Part shown: piece after piece, positions 8,912 to 18,386 of the stretch | Layout of the letters: each line of letters starts with the position of its first letter | Position numbering within the stretch: position 1 is the stretch's first letter | DNA from: Verrucomicrobiota bacterium | GTDB lineage: Bacteria; Verrucomicrobiota; Kiritimatiellia; RFP12; UBA1067 | Assembly (NCBI GenBank): GCA_016280825.1 | Contig: JAEEHL010000168.1 | Location: forward strand, 1 to 48,960 | Direction of reading: 5' to 3' | Length of the DNA: 48,960 nt | Position numbers and translations under genes: made by a program | The notes under the pieces: generated by a model | What the model was told of the DNA's origin: nothing | Databases searched by the model: none | Seen by the model: only the letters and a program-made list of their open reading frames with translations

Positions 8912-9568
8912 ATGGCAACGACATTCTTTGGCCCCACCTCGCCCTTCGGGACGCTTACGGGATGGGAGGTTCAGGACGACAATCCGACGACCACGCAGAC
9001 GAGGGCGCAGGCACTCGGCTCCGACGGCGACGAGATTGCGAAGCGACTCCACGACGCGAAGACCACCGTGACCGCGAACTACACGCTGAAGAACGCGACG
9101 GGATGCAAAATCCCGAAGTTCGGTGAAATCCTCGGCGGCTACCATGTTGACAGCGTGACAATCACCTTCGGCAACACGGCTTTCGTCACAATGTCGCTCA
9201 CGGGTCACAAGCACGGGGCGAGCGCACATCCCGCTTGCCGCACGTACACTGGCTCGCTTGCGCAGATTGCGTCCAACTTCGGTTGCCCGTCGTCCGTCGT
9301 CGGCATGACCCTCCCTGCGAACGCGGGCGTCAGGTCGATGACCTACAACCTACAGGGCAACCATCAGGACGAACTCGGCTCGGCTGGCGACTTCCTCGCG
9401 GCTGACAACTACGACGGCTACGAGACAGTGGACTGCGAACTCTGCGACAGCGGCACAATCTCTGCGGCGGCGGGCTGGGACTTGACGAGCGTCAGCAACG
9501 GCTTTTCAAACACGGCGGCGACCACGGCGAGCGCGACTGTCGAGAAGCATATTGCGCATAGCACCTGA
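8912..9568 (+). CDS. major tail protein (candidate)
   Basis: ATG 8912 follows SD aggaaaggagcgg. 218 aa, Thr/Gly-rich, followed by a stem-loop and then the chaperone-position gene and the tape measure. Confidence 0.5.
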   Translation: MATTFFGPTSPFGTLTGWEVQDDNPTTTQTRAQALGSDGDEIAKRLHDAKTTVTANYTLKNATGCKIPKFGEILGGYHVDSVTITFGNTAFVTMSLTGHKHGASAHPACRTYTGSLAQIASNFGCPSSVVGMTLPANAGVRSMTYNLQGNHQDELGSAGDFLAADNYDGYETVDCELCDSGTISAAAGWDLTSVSNGFSNTAATTASATVEKHIAHST

Positions 9569-9588
9569 CGCAGTCGCGTTGCAGGTTT

Positions 9589-9619
9589 GGCGGGGGTGTG
9601 CTACCCACACTTCCCCGCC
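9589..9619 (+). other. GC-rich stem-loop after the major tail gene
   Basis: ggcgggggtgtg / cacac-tt-ccccgcc forms an inverted repeat with no U-tract. It may be an attenuator or a stability element. Confidence 0.4.
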
Positions 9620-9657
9620 GACTGCTTCGCGGTCGAACGTGAGGCGGAGGGCAGGGC

Positions 9658-10368
9658 GTGAACTATCTGCTGTACGAAAAGGAGTTTGCCGAACTGAAGG
9701 CGCGTGGGGTGTCGCTCGACGACCTTACCGCCGCCGAGGTCGTGGAACTCGTGAAGGCGGTCGAACGGATGGGGCATCCGTTCCGCGAAAGCAACCTTGA
9801 GGCGGCGGGCTACCCGACAGTCCTCTCGGACGGCACTGTGCTACACAATCTGACAATCGGCGCGACTGTGTGGCTCGACGAATACGCCTCCTCGTGGTGG
9901 TCGTCGGGGAGCAAGGCGTACTTCTGGGCGATGGTCTACGCGCTCGTCAACGGGCGCAGTCGCGAAGCCTTCTGCGGCGAAATGCTGGAGCGCACGGGCG
10001 CGAGGCGGCGCATCGTGGAAATGGCAATCCGCATACACGCGACGGAGGATGAACTGCTTGAGGGCATAGCGCAGGCGGTTCACAGGACGGGCGACGAGAA
10101 GCGGGGCAACGAAGCCGCGCCGACGGACACGGACTGGGGCGAACTCTTGCGGACGCTCGAACTCGCCACGGGAATCCCCGCCGAGGAATGGGTGTGGGGG
10201 CGTTCCTCCGATTGGTGCGTGAGGGAGTTTAGCAAGCACTGCCGCTATATGGACATGGCGAAGGGCGTTGCGTCGCCGAGGATGAAGGGCGACCTCGCCA
10301 GGGCGGCTAACGCGCTCGCCCGCATCCGCTCGTCCATCATGAGGCGGCTCGGCAAGGAGGTGTCATGA
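9658..10368 (+). CDS. hypothetical protein in the tail-assembly-chaperone position
   Basis: GTG start after ggaggg. 236 aa, located between the major tail gene and the tape measure. No slippery heptamer was seen. Confidence 0.5.
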   Translation: MNYLLYEKEFAELKARGVSLDDLTAAEVVELVKAVERMGHPFRESNLEAAGYPTVLSDGTVLHNLTIGATVWLDEYASSWWSSGSKAYFWAMVYALVNGRSREAFCGEMLERTGARRRIVEMAIRIHATEDELLEGIAQAVHRTGDEKRGNEAAPTDTDWGELLRTLELATGIPAEEWVWGRSSDWCVREFSKHCRYMDMAKGVASPRMKGDLARAANALARIRSSIMRRLGKEVS

Positions 10369-12146
10369 ACAGGGTAGTGGAATACATCATCCGCGCAAAG
10401 GACACGACGGCGACCGCACTGCGCACCGCTATGGCGAACGTCAAGCACTTCGCGGCGGGCGTGGGCGAGAGCATTGGCAGGGTATTCTCGAAGATGGCGG
10501 AGGCGGGCGGGAAGATACGCTCCTTCGCCGCAGGCATCGGGCGGAACCTCGTCAACATTCAGGCGGGCTTCAATATGCTCGCTGGCGCGGCTCGCAAGGC
10601 GTGGAGCCTGTTGCAGAAGTCGTTTCAGTTCGAGAAGATGACGTGGCAGTTCAAGACGCTCATCGGGAACCTCGACGACGCACGGACGCACATGGAAATG
10701 TTGCAGAGGCTCGGCGACACCCCGCCGTTCTCGATGGAGGAGTTCGCGGCGGCAAGTCGGGAAATGATGAAGTTCTCCGACGGGGTGCTGGGGTTCAAGG
10801 ACTCGCTCGAACTCGTCGGAGACGCGGCGGCGGCTCTTGGTACGCCCGTCGAAAACCTCGCCACGCTCGTCGGCAGGGCGTATGCGCTCATACGCGACGG
10901 ACAGCCGATTGCGAGGGCGGGCATGATGCTCCGCAACGTCGGCGCGGTCACTCCAGAGGTCGTGGCGCGGCTTCAGGAAATGGAGAAGAACGGCGCGTCC
11001 AATATTGAAATGTGGAGCGAACTCGAAGCGTCGCTCGGCAGGTTTAAGGGCGCGATGAAGGACACGGAGCAGACCGCCGACGGGCTTATGGGCGCGATAG
11101 AGTCGCAGTGGGACGACGCGGTGCGCACGTTCGGCGAGGCGTTCCTTAACACCGCGAAGGGCGGTATGCAGACGCTTCTCGAAACGATGAAGCAACTCAA
11201 CGAGGACGGCTCGATTGAGGAATGGGCTGACAAGACTGCCGACGCGCTGAAGGAAGTTGGCGGCGCGATGAAGGCGACAGGCGCGTTCTTCGGGACGATA
11301 TGGAAGGGCATAAAGGCGACAGTCGGAACGGCGATGGCGTTTGGCGCGGGCGCGGACGAGGCGTTCCGCGATGACAAGGGCTTCATGGAACAGGTGAAGT
11401 GGGGCGCGGCTGTCGCTGGCAAATACTGGAACAGCATCTGGAACGACGAGGACGAGGACGAGGACGAGCGCATGATGCGTTCGGAGCGCAAGCGCGAGGT
11501 GGCGGCGCAGAAGGCTCGCAGGAAGGCGAAGAAGGAGGCTGAAGCCGAGGAAATGGCTATGCGCAAGCGAGAGCAACTTGTGGCCGACATGGCGGCGAAG
11601 GAGGAGGAGAAGCAGGCGGCACTCGCAGAAAAGCAGTATCGGGAGGAACTTGAGGAGTACTACAAGATGCTCGACGAGGAGGAGCAGGCTCGTCGGCAGA
11701 TGATGGAGCAGTTGGAGCGCGAGGAGATAGAGGCGGAGCGGCGCAGGCATCAGGTCGCGCTGAAGAACGCGCAGGAGGAGGCGCAGGCGAGCGAGCAGGC
11801 GCAGTACGACGCGCAGTCTCGGCTCGCGGCGGCGCAGGCGGCGGTGTCGAAGGCGTGGGGCTGGTACAAGGACAGGGCTTCCATGCAGGCGGAAATCGAC
11901 GCGTACAACGAGCAGAAGGCGGCGGAAGTCCAGTTCGAGAAGGACTTTGAGCGGCTGAAGGACAGGCACCGCGACTGGCGCGACATAGAGTTCGGCAAGT
12001 TGTCGGCTGACGAGGAGGCTGTGCGTCAGGTCGCGCTTGCGAAGGAGGAGGCGCGGGCGGCGCAGGTCGCGCTCGACGAGATAGTGGAGAACACGGCTTA
12101 CCTGAAGTCAATAGCCGAATCGCTTACGGCGGAGGAGGGGGCTTAA
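10365..12146 (+). CDS. tail tape measure protein
   Basis: 593 aa. The N-terminal half resembles a TMP core (GDTPPFSMEEFAAASREMMKF...LVGDAAAALGTP...). The C-terminal half is a long charged coiled coil. Confidence 0.8.
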   Translation: MNRVVEYIIRAKDTTATALRTAMANVKHFAAGVGESIGRVFSKMAEAGGKIRSFAAGIGRNLVNIQAGFNMLAGAARKAWSLLQKSFQFEKMTWQFKTLIGNLDDARTHMEMLQRLGDTPPFSMEEFAAASREMMKFSDGVLGFKDSLELVGDAAAALGTPVENLATLVGRAYALIRDGQPIARAGMMLRNVGAVTPEVVARLQEMEKNGASNIEMWSELEASLGRFKGAMKDTEQTADGLMGAIESQWDDAVRTFGEAFLNTAKGGMQTLLETMKQLNEDGSIEEWADKTADALKEVGGAMKATGAFFGTIWKGIKATVGTAMAFGAGADEAFRDDKGFMEQVKWGAAVAGKYWNSIWNDEDEDEDERMMRSERKREVAAQKARRKAKKEAEAEEMAMRKREQLVADMAAKEEEKQAALAEKQYREELEEYYKMLDEEEQARRQMMEQLEREEIEAERRRHQVALKNAQEEAQASEQAQYDAQSRLAAAQAAVSKAWGWYKDRASMQAEIDAYNEQKAAEVQFEKDFERLKDRHRDWRDIEFGKLSADEEAVRQVALAKEEARAAQVALDEIVENTAYLKSIAESLTAEEGA

Positions 12147-12148
12147 AC

Positions 12149-12505
12149 ATGGCAAACGACGCTACATTTCAGACAAGCGAGCGCAAGTTCGCCTCGTGCC
12201 TCGGAACTGTGGAGTTCGACCTTGGCGGGTCGTCGAATCCCACTCACTACCGACGGGCGATAATCGCGCACTTCACCGAGACGACTACCATCACGCGTGG
12301 GATGACTACGTGCGCCGCCGATGCCGACTATTTAGACCTCCGCACCTACGACTTCACGTACGGAGGCTCGACGAGCGGCTACACGCACGTCTACTTCGAC
12401 TACGAGTACGAGAAAATCGTGAGCGAGTGCCACAGGGTGAGCGAGGCTGGCTTCTTCGAGAAGACGACAGTCCGCACGTTATGCACGAACATAACGACAG
12501 TATGA
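12149..12505 (+). CDS. hypothetical tail protein
   Basis: 118 aa, SD gaggaggggg, immediately after the tape measure. Confidence 0.55.
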   Translation: MANDATFQTSERKFASCLGTVEFDLGGSSNPTHYRRAIIAHFTETTTITRGMTTCAADADYLDLRTYDFTYGGSTSGYTHVYFDYEYEKIVSECHRVSEAGFFEKTTVRTLCTNITTV

Positions 12506-12518
12506 CGAGGGGTGCGGT

Positions 12519-13214
12519 ATGTTTCATCTGAACGAGGATTTCAAGAAGTGCGTGTCGCCAGCGAAGTGGCGAAACAAGGTGTCGGCGTTCCTGAACAACC
12601 TGTGCGGCGACGGGAACATTGAGATAGCAAAGCCCGACGAACCCAACAGCGGCGACCCGCCCATCGTCAGGATTAAGTGGGGCAACTTCCTTCGCGCCCT
12701 TGCGAAGAAGGGCATCGCGCTCCTTCAGGAGTATCTGTACGACACGACCGCATCCGACGCGACCGCGCAGGCGCAGGCGTTAGCCGCTTTCGCGCCGAAG
12801 TCCGACAAGTACGTTGACGAGGAGGTGACTGCCACCAACACGGCGCGTGTGATAGCGGACAACAAGATTGCGCTCATGGGTACGGCGGACAGGGCGGCGC
12901 GGGAAGACCATCGGCATCCGCTGGAGACGGCGCAGGGGACGGCGGCGTTTCGCCCGACGAGCGGCACGAATACCTCGACCATGCCCGACGACCACACTTC
13001 GCAGAACTTCCCCACTGGGGCGCAGTTCGCCCTGAAGACCGACGAGTGGGAGCCAAACGACACGGACGGATTTTCGCTTCTCGCAATCTCCCGCATCGAG
13101 GTCGATGCAGGCGAGGGCGTACACGCCATGTTCTTCCGCGAGGTGAAATACTCGAAGAACGGGAACCCGATAAAGGTCGGCGCGGAGGTGGGCGCGGTTC
13201 TAATACTGGCGTAA
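12519..13214 (+). CDS. tail fibre-like protein
   Basis: 231 aa. Contains GTADRAAREDHRHP, which resembles the ARxDHxH motif common in phage fibre and collar proteins. Confidence 0.55.
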   Translation: MFHLNEDFKKCVSPAKWRNKVSAFLNNLCGDGNIEIAKPDEPNSGDPPIVRIKWGNFLRALAKKGIALLQEYLYDTTASDATAQAQALAAFAPKSDKYVDEEVTATNTARVIADNKIALMGTADRAAREDHRHPLETAQGTAAFRPTSGTNTSTMPDDHTSQNFPTGAQFALKTDEWEPNDTDGFSLLAISRIEVDAGEGVHAMFFREVKYSKNGNPIKVGAEVGAVLILA

Positions 13215-13226
13215 AAATGATATAAT
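13198..13226 (+). promoter_or_regulatory. late-type promoter (weak -35 TTCTAA, extended -10 TGATATAATAC)
   Basis: -10 at 13221-13226 with TG at 13218-13219. It carries the same TGATATAATAC block as the 1250 and 2948 sites. Confidence 0.45.
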
Positions 13227-13249
13227 ACCCGAAACGGGAGAAGGCGAAA

Positions 13250-13729
13250 ATGAACAACCAGACGATAACACTCAACCTGTCGGAACTCCACCGACCGCGC
13301 CCGACGCTGCACACGCGCTTCGGCGGGTCGTTCTCGCTGAAGATACTCAACGTCCCGCGGGGCGTTGACGGGCTGTACGTGCGCGTGTTCACGCCGTCGG
13401 ACGGCTACTTCGACTGCCCCGCAAACATCGACGGGAACGGCGACTGGGAGTGCTACATGATAGGCACGACGTTTCCAGAGGTGGGCGAGTCCCGCTACGA
13501 GGTGCGCGGCACGGACGAGCGGGGGAACTTTACCGCGCTCGGCACGGGCAAGGTCGTCGTTGAGCCGTTTTCGGCGGGAAGTTCCCCGATTGAGCAGGGG
13601 AGCGAGGTGTCTGTCGCCACGTTGCCCGACGAGAACGGGGCGTTGCATCAGGTTGTCGCGGTGAACCTCGGAACGAGCGAGAAACCCGACTGGAGTTGGC
13701 AGGTCAAGACAGTGGACGGGGAGGACTGA
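13250..13729 (+). CDS. hypothetical tail-module protein
   Basis: 159 aa, SD gggagaagg, GC3-rich codons. Confidence 0.6.
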   Translation: MNNQTITLNLSELHRPRPTLHTRFGGSFSLKILNVPRGVDGLYVRVFTPSDGYFDCPANIDGNGDWECYMIGTTFPEVGESRYEVRGTDERGNFTALGTGKVVVEPFSAGSSPIEQGSEVSVATLPDENGALHQVVAVNLGTSEKPDWSWQVKTVDGED

Positions 13730-13732
13730 CAC

Positions 13733-14242
13733 ATGAAAAGGATTTTGGTTATTGCGGCAGTAGCGGCATCGCTCAACGCGCTTGCGGGCGTGGGCGCGAC
13801 GACGAACTGGGTTGCGAAGTACGTTCGGGAGTACGTGGGAAACGCAATCTCGAACTCTCTTGCCGAGGTCATGGCGAACACTACCACCACGACCACGAAC
13901 AGGACGACCACCATTGTAGCAGGCACGGAGGAATATTCGCTTGTCGCAACGGTCGAGATTGCGGACATCGCCGCTCTGAAGGCGGGCGAGGTTAGTTCCG
14001 CCGCGACCGAAGAATGGGGCGTGACCTCGAACACGAAATGGGTGATGACGGGTACAAACGTGTTCTCGAACGCGAGCGGCTACCCGATAACTGTCACCCC
14101 GACGAACTTCCTGTACAGGGGAGTCATGTCAGTAGCCGTCGGAGGCGACTATCAGGCGTTCCCGCTCGGCGGCGGGTTTGGCTTCAGGCTCGAACCCGTC
14201 ACTGTCACCGAATCAGAGGCAAGAATGATTATTGGGGAGTAA
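13733..14242 (+). CDS. hypothetical protein with a signal peptide
   Basis: N-terminus MKRILVIAAVAASLNALAG, then a Thr-rich stretch TTTTTNRTTT. Confidence 0.6.
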   Translation: MKRILVIAAVAASLNALAGVGATTNWVAKYVREYVGNAISNSLAEVMANTTTTTTNRTTTIVAGTEEYSLVATVEIADIAALKAGEVSSAATEEWGVTSNTKWVMTGTNVFSNASGYPITVTPTNFLYRGVMSVAVGGDYQAFPLGGGFGFRLEPVTVTESEARMIIGE

Positions 14243-14246
14243 GGCA

Positions 14247-17200
14247 ATGAAAAAAGCGGCATCTATCATGTACTTTCTTGCGGCTGTCGCGTTTAACGCG
14301 GTCGCAGACGAGACATCCTCGACGGCGTGGTGGTACACGCCCGACGAAGGCTTCAAGCAGACCACGACGGTCGCCCTTACCACCGCAGGCGGCACGGACA
14401 TCGGGACGTTCACCTTCAGCGCAGACGATGCCGAGTCGTCCATATACTCCACGCTGAAGGGTGCAATAGACATGTCGCACGAGCCGCAGTCGGCGAAGAA
14501 CGCCTACGTCCTTGCGGTCAAGTCCCTCGCGCAGTCCATACGGGCTACTGCGGTGAACGCACGACAGGACGAGAAGATAAAGACGCTCGGCGACACGCTC
14601 GAAACCTTCCTTTTCGCGGACACAACGCAGTTTAAGGATGGCAACGACATTGTAGGCGTGTACAAGCGCGACGCGAACTCGCAGGAAACAGTGAACAGCG
14701 TTAAAATCGCGCGAAGGTATATTGGCTCTGGAACTCCAGTGGACAGCGGGGGGAAGGGCGCGGTCGTCGTACAAAACATACAGAAGGGCTTTTTCAACGC
14801 CAATAACCTCACCCTTCAGGCTGACGGCGAGGGCAAGTCCTACGCCCTGTACGGCTATACAAATCTGTCTGACAACAATACGGACGGGCTTGACGGAGCG
14901 GATTTCTGGGCTCTTTCCGAGGCGAACTACTTCATTCCATGTTCAGGAGGAAAGTCGGGAACCCTCGGCTGGGCGAAGTGGAACGGATGGAATAGCGAGT
15001 GCTTTTCCGCAGGCGCCGACGTGACGGGAGGTAGCAACGACAAGCCGCTTCGACTTCGCGGGTGGACTACCGCCGACAACTGCGACGTGGACTTGCAGTT
15101 GTTGCTTACCAACAGGACCGAAACCGTGAACAGGCAGAAGCACAGGTTCCTGACGCGCCACGATGACGGCGGCGGCAAGTATTCAATCCACTGGTTGCCC
15201 TTCAGCGACGCGACCATCGGCGGCGGGGGCGGCGCGGTATTGGTTGACGACAGGTCGGTGACGACGAACCGCGACAGCGGGGCGATTCTCCTCAAGGGGT
15301 TCGAGGAGGCGAAGGACGCGCCCGTGAAACTCGCAGGCGCGTCCAACGGGCAGACCGACTTGCAGTGGCTTCTTCCCCTGTCGCTTTTCAACAGCGGCGT
15401 GTTCTCCGCGGACAGTTCGGGCAAGGTGATACTCAACGCAGGCGGCTCCTTCGAGAACAACGAGAGCAAGATACTCACCATCACGCAGACGGGCGCAGGC
15501 GGCTCCGTCTCGTCGCAGAGCGTGGTATCGCACACCCTCGCAGACCTCGTTGACAGCCGTATGCTCGCGGACATTACGCAGGAAGGCGGCGGCAGACTCG
15601 TAGGCATAAAGGGCTGGGCTGACGCGACGCCAGCGAGGGAACATACCCTTGCCGAGACCCTTGAGTCGGGTACGGGCGGCGAACCTTCCTCGTCCCCTTC
15701 CGTGATTGTGCGCGAGAGCGACGGCGCAATCTCGTATGCGGCGATAGGTACGCTCGCCCAAGTCGGCTTCGACGACAAGACGATAACCACCAACACCGCG
15801 CACGGGGCGGCAGTTGCGGAAGTTGCGTCCATCTACGGCTTCAGCACGGCGAACGGGAACAGTGGCGCGGGAGGTTGCGCAAACGACCTCGTAGACCTGC
15901 TCACCAACAAGACGAACGACGCGGCGGACAACCGAGCAAGGCACACAATCCTGACCCGCTACAACGACGCCGCGAACGGCTACGAACTGCACTGGATGCC
16001 CTTCGGAGGCACGACAGTCGGCGACGGGACGGCGGTTGACGACGTTAGCGTGGAGTACAAGGCATACGACCAAGAGACCGAGAAGACTGTCAGGCTTAAG
16101 GGCTTCAAGGCGGCGAACGACGCGGCGGCTGTCGACAGCAAGCAACTGAAACTCGCCTGCGCTGACGGGGGCGCGTCGCTCGGATGGATGCTTCCCATCG
16201 GGATGTTCAACACAGGCTCGTTCGGCACGGACTCCAACGGCAAGATTGTCCTCAACTCCTCGGTTGAGCAGAGCGGCAGGACGGAACTCATGACGATTAC
16301 GCAGACGGGCGACAGCGGCGGAATATCGTCGCAGACCATAGCAGGTAAGCCGCTCACGTCGCTTGTTGACGGGCGGACGCTCGACGACGTGCAGATTTCG
16401 GAGAGCGTCAGGAAACTCGGCATCAAGGGCTGGGCGAACGCGTCGCCCGCAAGGGAACACACCCTCGCGGAAACGCTCGAAGCGGGGGCTGGTAGCGTAC
16501 TTCCCTCGTCACCCGCCGTAATGGTGCGCGAAAGCGACGGGACGCTCTCGTATGCGGCTATAGGCGCGTTGACTGCGGCGGCGGAGGCAGACGACAAGAC
16601 CATCACGACGAACGTTGACAACGGGGCGGCGATTGCTGGCTCGCTCTCCATCTTCGGCTGGAGCGCGGCGACGAACGGGCATTTCCTCGCAAAGACCGCG
16701 ACGGGCGTGGAATGGAAGCAGGGACTGCTGACGGCGGACGAGAAGTCTGTCGCCATAACCAACGACACAATCGCGCTGAAGGGATTTGCGGACGCGAAGC
16801 CTGCCTCGCACGACCCGCCGAACATGGCTTGCAGGACGGACGCTGACGGCGTGGAGTCGCTGGAGTGGAAGCCGCTCACCGACTTCTTCGCCGACACGGT
16901 GTTCCATGTGTCCTCGAACGGCAAGATACTCCTGAACGGAACTACCGAGGCTGGCAAGGTGAAGGTTCTTACCATCACTGGCGCGGGCGAGTCAGACCCC
17001 GACGACCAGAACGTTTCCTCGTATGCCTTCGACGGGCGAAGCGTTGAGCCGAGCGCGGCGCACGGAATACAGTTGCACGGCTTCGCGGAGGGAACTCCCG
17101 CATACGCAGGCGACAACACCTTCGCGGACGCGCTGACGAACGCGAACACGACGATTGCAGGTATGTCAGTTCCCGTGCGCGTTCCCGACGGCGTAAACGG

Positions 17201-18386
17201 CTTCACGGTCAAGTACGTGCCTATGGGGAAGGTGACGGGCATACCCTCCGCGTCGGTTGACGGCAAGACGATAGAACTGAACGAGACAGACCCCGATAAC
17301 CCGTTCATGCAGTTGAAGGGCGCGGCAGGCGAGGGCGTTTCGCACAGGGACGGCGAGACGTTCGCGGTGGACGGCAGTGGAAACGGCTACTTCGCGTTCA
17401 TCGGCACGGACTACGACGACGAGGAGGTGTACACGCCTTCGCTCGAAACGACAGCCGACGGGTCGGGCAACCGCTACTTCTCGCTCCACGGCTGGAACGC
17501 GGAAGGGCGCGACCCCGACGCGGCATACGTCCTCGCGCAGAGGGACGGGGCGTTGACCTATAACCGCGGCGACGGGAGCGGCGGGATAGAGGTCAGCGAT
17601 AGCGACCGCCTCCAGTTGAAGGGAATCGAGAACGCGAGGGCGGGTGCGCTCTGCTACGCTACCACGACAAACGGAGTCGTAAGCGGGGTCGGCTGGATGG
17701 CAGGCGTGGAGGGCAGAATCCCCCTGCTCCACACGAACGCGCCTCCGACGACGCTTGAAGTCGGCAGGTCGCTCGACAAGGACAACGAAAACGCGGTCGC
17801 CACCCTCAACGTCGCTGGATTTACCACGGGCGGCAACTGCTCCGTGTCGCTGTCGAAGTTGCTCACAGACCCCGACGAGGCTTCCAACAGGACGAGCCAT
17901 CAGATAATGACGCGGTTCAGCAACGGCAGTGCGCCGTCAGTGCACTGGATGAGCATAGGCGACGTGATAGAGGCGGAGGGAGTCGGCAAGTTCGACGACG
18001 CGTCCATCGGCACAAACACTGTCGGGGAACTCCAGATACACGGCTTCGCGACGGCGGCAGAAAACGCCGTGCCCTTCAAGAACTCGAACGGCGCGGTCGA
18101 GTGGGCTGTCTCGTCGTCCGCTACCAACATGTTCCTCGCTGGCGCGGGAATACGGCTTACCGACAACGGGGCAGGAGTGGTGACAATCTCCTCGGAGCCG
18201 CTTTACGGCGATACGGATGGCACTGTCACCCTCTCCGTTGTCACGGCGGTACGCTACGACGAGACATCGCACAAGTTCCAGAAGAAGACGCGGACGCTGA
18301 CCTTCAAGGGAGTCGCTGGAACCGAGAGTGAATGGACAGATGTATTTGACGCCGTTTCACACGCGAGCGAACACGGATTGGAGTAA
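14247..18386 (+). CDS. giant repetitive tail fibre / host-recognition protein with a signal-like N-terminus
   Basis: 1379 aa from ATG 14247 (the track ORF starts at TTG 14232). N-terminus MKKAASIMYFLAAVAFNAVA. It has an internal ~270-aa tandem duplication and a recurring L[KHR]G[FW] motif. Confidence 0.75.
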   Translation: MKKAASIMYFLAAVAFNAVADETSSTAWWYTPDEGFKQTTTVALTTAGGTDIGTFTFSADDAESSIYSTLKGAIDMSHEPQSAKNAYVLAVKSLAQSIRATAVNARQDEKIKTLGDTLETFLFADTTQFKDGNDIVGVYKRDANSQETVNSVKIARRYIGSGTPVDSGGKGAVVVQNIQKGFFNANNLTLQADGEGKSYALYGYTNLSDNNTDGLDGADFWALSEANYFIPCSGGKSGTLGWAKWNGWNSECFSAGADVTGGSNDKPLRLRGWTTADNCDVDLQLLLTNRTETVNRQKHRFLTRHDDGGGKYSIHWLPFSDATIGGGGGAVLVDDRSVTTNRDSGAILLKGFEEAKDAPVKLAGASNGQTDLQWLLPLSLFNSGVFSADSSGKVILNAGGSFENNESKILTITQTGAGGSVSSQSVVSHTLADLVDSRMLADITQEGGGRLVGIKGWADATPAREHTLAETLESGTGGEPSSSPSVIVRESDGAISYAAIGTLAQVGFDDKTITTNTAHGAAVAEVASIYGFSTANGNSGAGGCANDLVDLLTNKTNDAADNRARHTILTRYNDAANGYELHWMPFGGTTVGDGTAVDDVSVEYKAYDQETEKTVRLKGFKAANDAAAVDSKQLKLACADGGASLGWMLPIGMFNTGSFGTDSNGKIVLNSSVEQSGRTELMTITQTGDSGGISSQTIAGKPLTSLVDGRTLDDVQISESVRKLGIKGWANASPAREHTLAETLEAGAGSVLPSSPAVMVRESDGTLSYAAIGALTAAAEADDKTITTNVDNGAAIAGSLSIFGWSAATNGHFLAKTATGVEWKQGLLTADEKSVAITNDTIALKGFADAKPASHDPPNMACRTDADGVESLEWKPLTDFFADTVFHVSSNGKILLNGTTEAGKVKVLTITGAGESDPDDQNVSSYAFDGRSVEPSAAHGIQLHGFAEGTPAYAGDNTFADALTNANTTIAGMSVPVRVPDGVNGFTVKYVPMGKVTGIPSASVDGKTIELNETDPDNPFMQLKGAAGEGVSHRDGETFAVDGSGNGYFAFIGTDYDDEEVYTPSLETTADGSGNRYFSLHGWNAEGRDPDAAYVLAQRDGALTYNRGDGSGGIEVSDSDRLQLKGIENARAGALCYATTTNGVVSGVGWMAGVEGRIPLLHTNAPPTTLEVGRSLDKDNENAVATLNVAGFTTGGNCSVSLSKLLTDPDEASNRTSHQIMTRFSNGSAPSVHWMSIGDVIEAEGVGKFDDASIGTNTVGELQIHGFATAAENAVPFKNSNGAVEWAVSSSATNMFLAGAGIRLTDNGAGVVTISSEPLYGDTDGTVTLSVVTAVRYDETSHKFQKKTRTLTFKGVAGTESEWTDVFDAVSHASEHGLE
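15047..16645 (+). repeat. intragenic tandem duplication (two ~800-nt units) inside the giant fibre gene
   Basis: Unit 1 contains LRLRGWTTADNCDVDLQLLLTNRTE...HWLPF...GIKGWADATPAREHTLAETLE. Unit 2 contains SIYGFSTANGN..CANDLVDLLTNKTND...HWMPF...GIKGWANASPAREHTLAETLE. A partial third copy lies at about 17806-17960. Confidence 0.75.

Noticed and set aside
9569-10368. Programmed frameshift in the tail-chaperone position
   Set aside because: No slippery heptamer is present, and there is no overlapping second frame of suitable length before the tape measure.
10245-11969. 574-aa minus-strand ORF
   Set aside because: It is antisense to the clearly recognisable tape measure gene. Its translation is Arg/Leu/His-rich low complexity, typical of the reverse frame of GC-rich coding DNA, and it has no SD.
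14247-18386. Diversity-generating retroelement target in the repetitive fibre gene
   Set aside because: No reverse transcriptase is present, and there is no near-identical template/variable repeat pair. The repeat units differ at all four bases rather than at adenines only.
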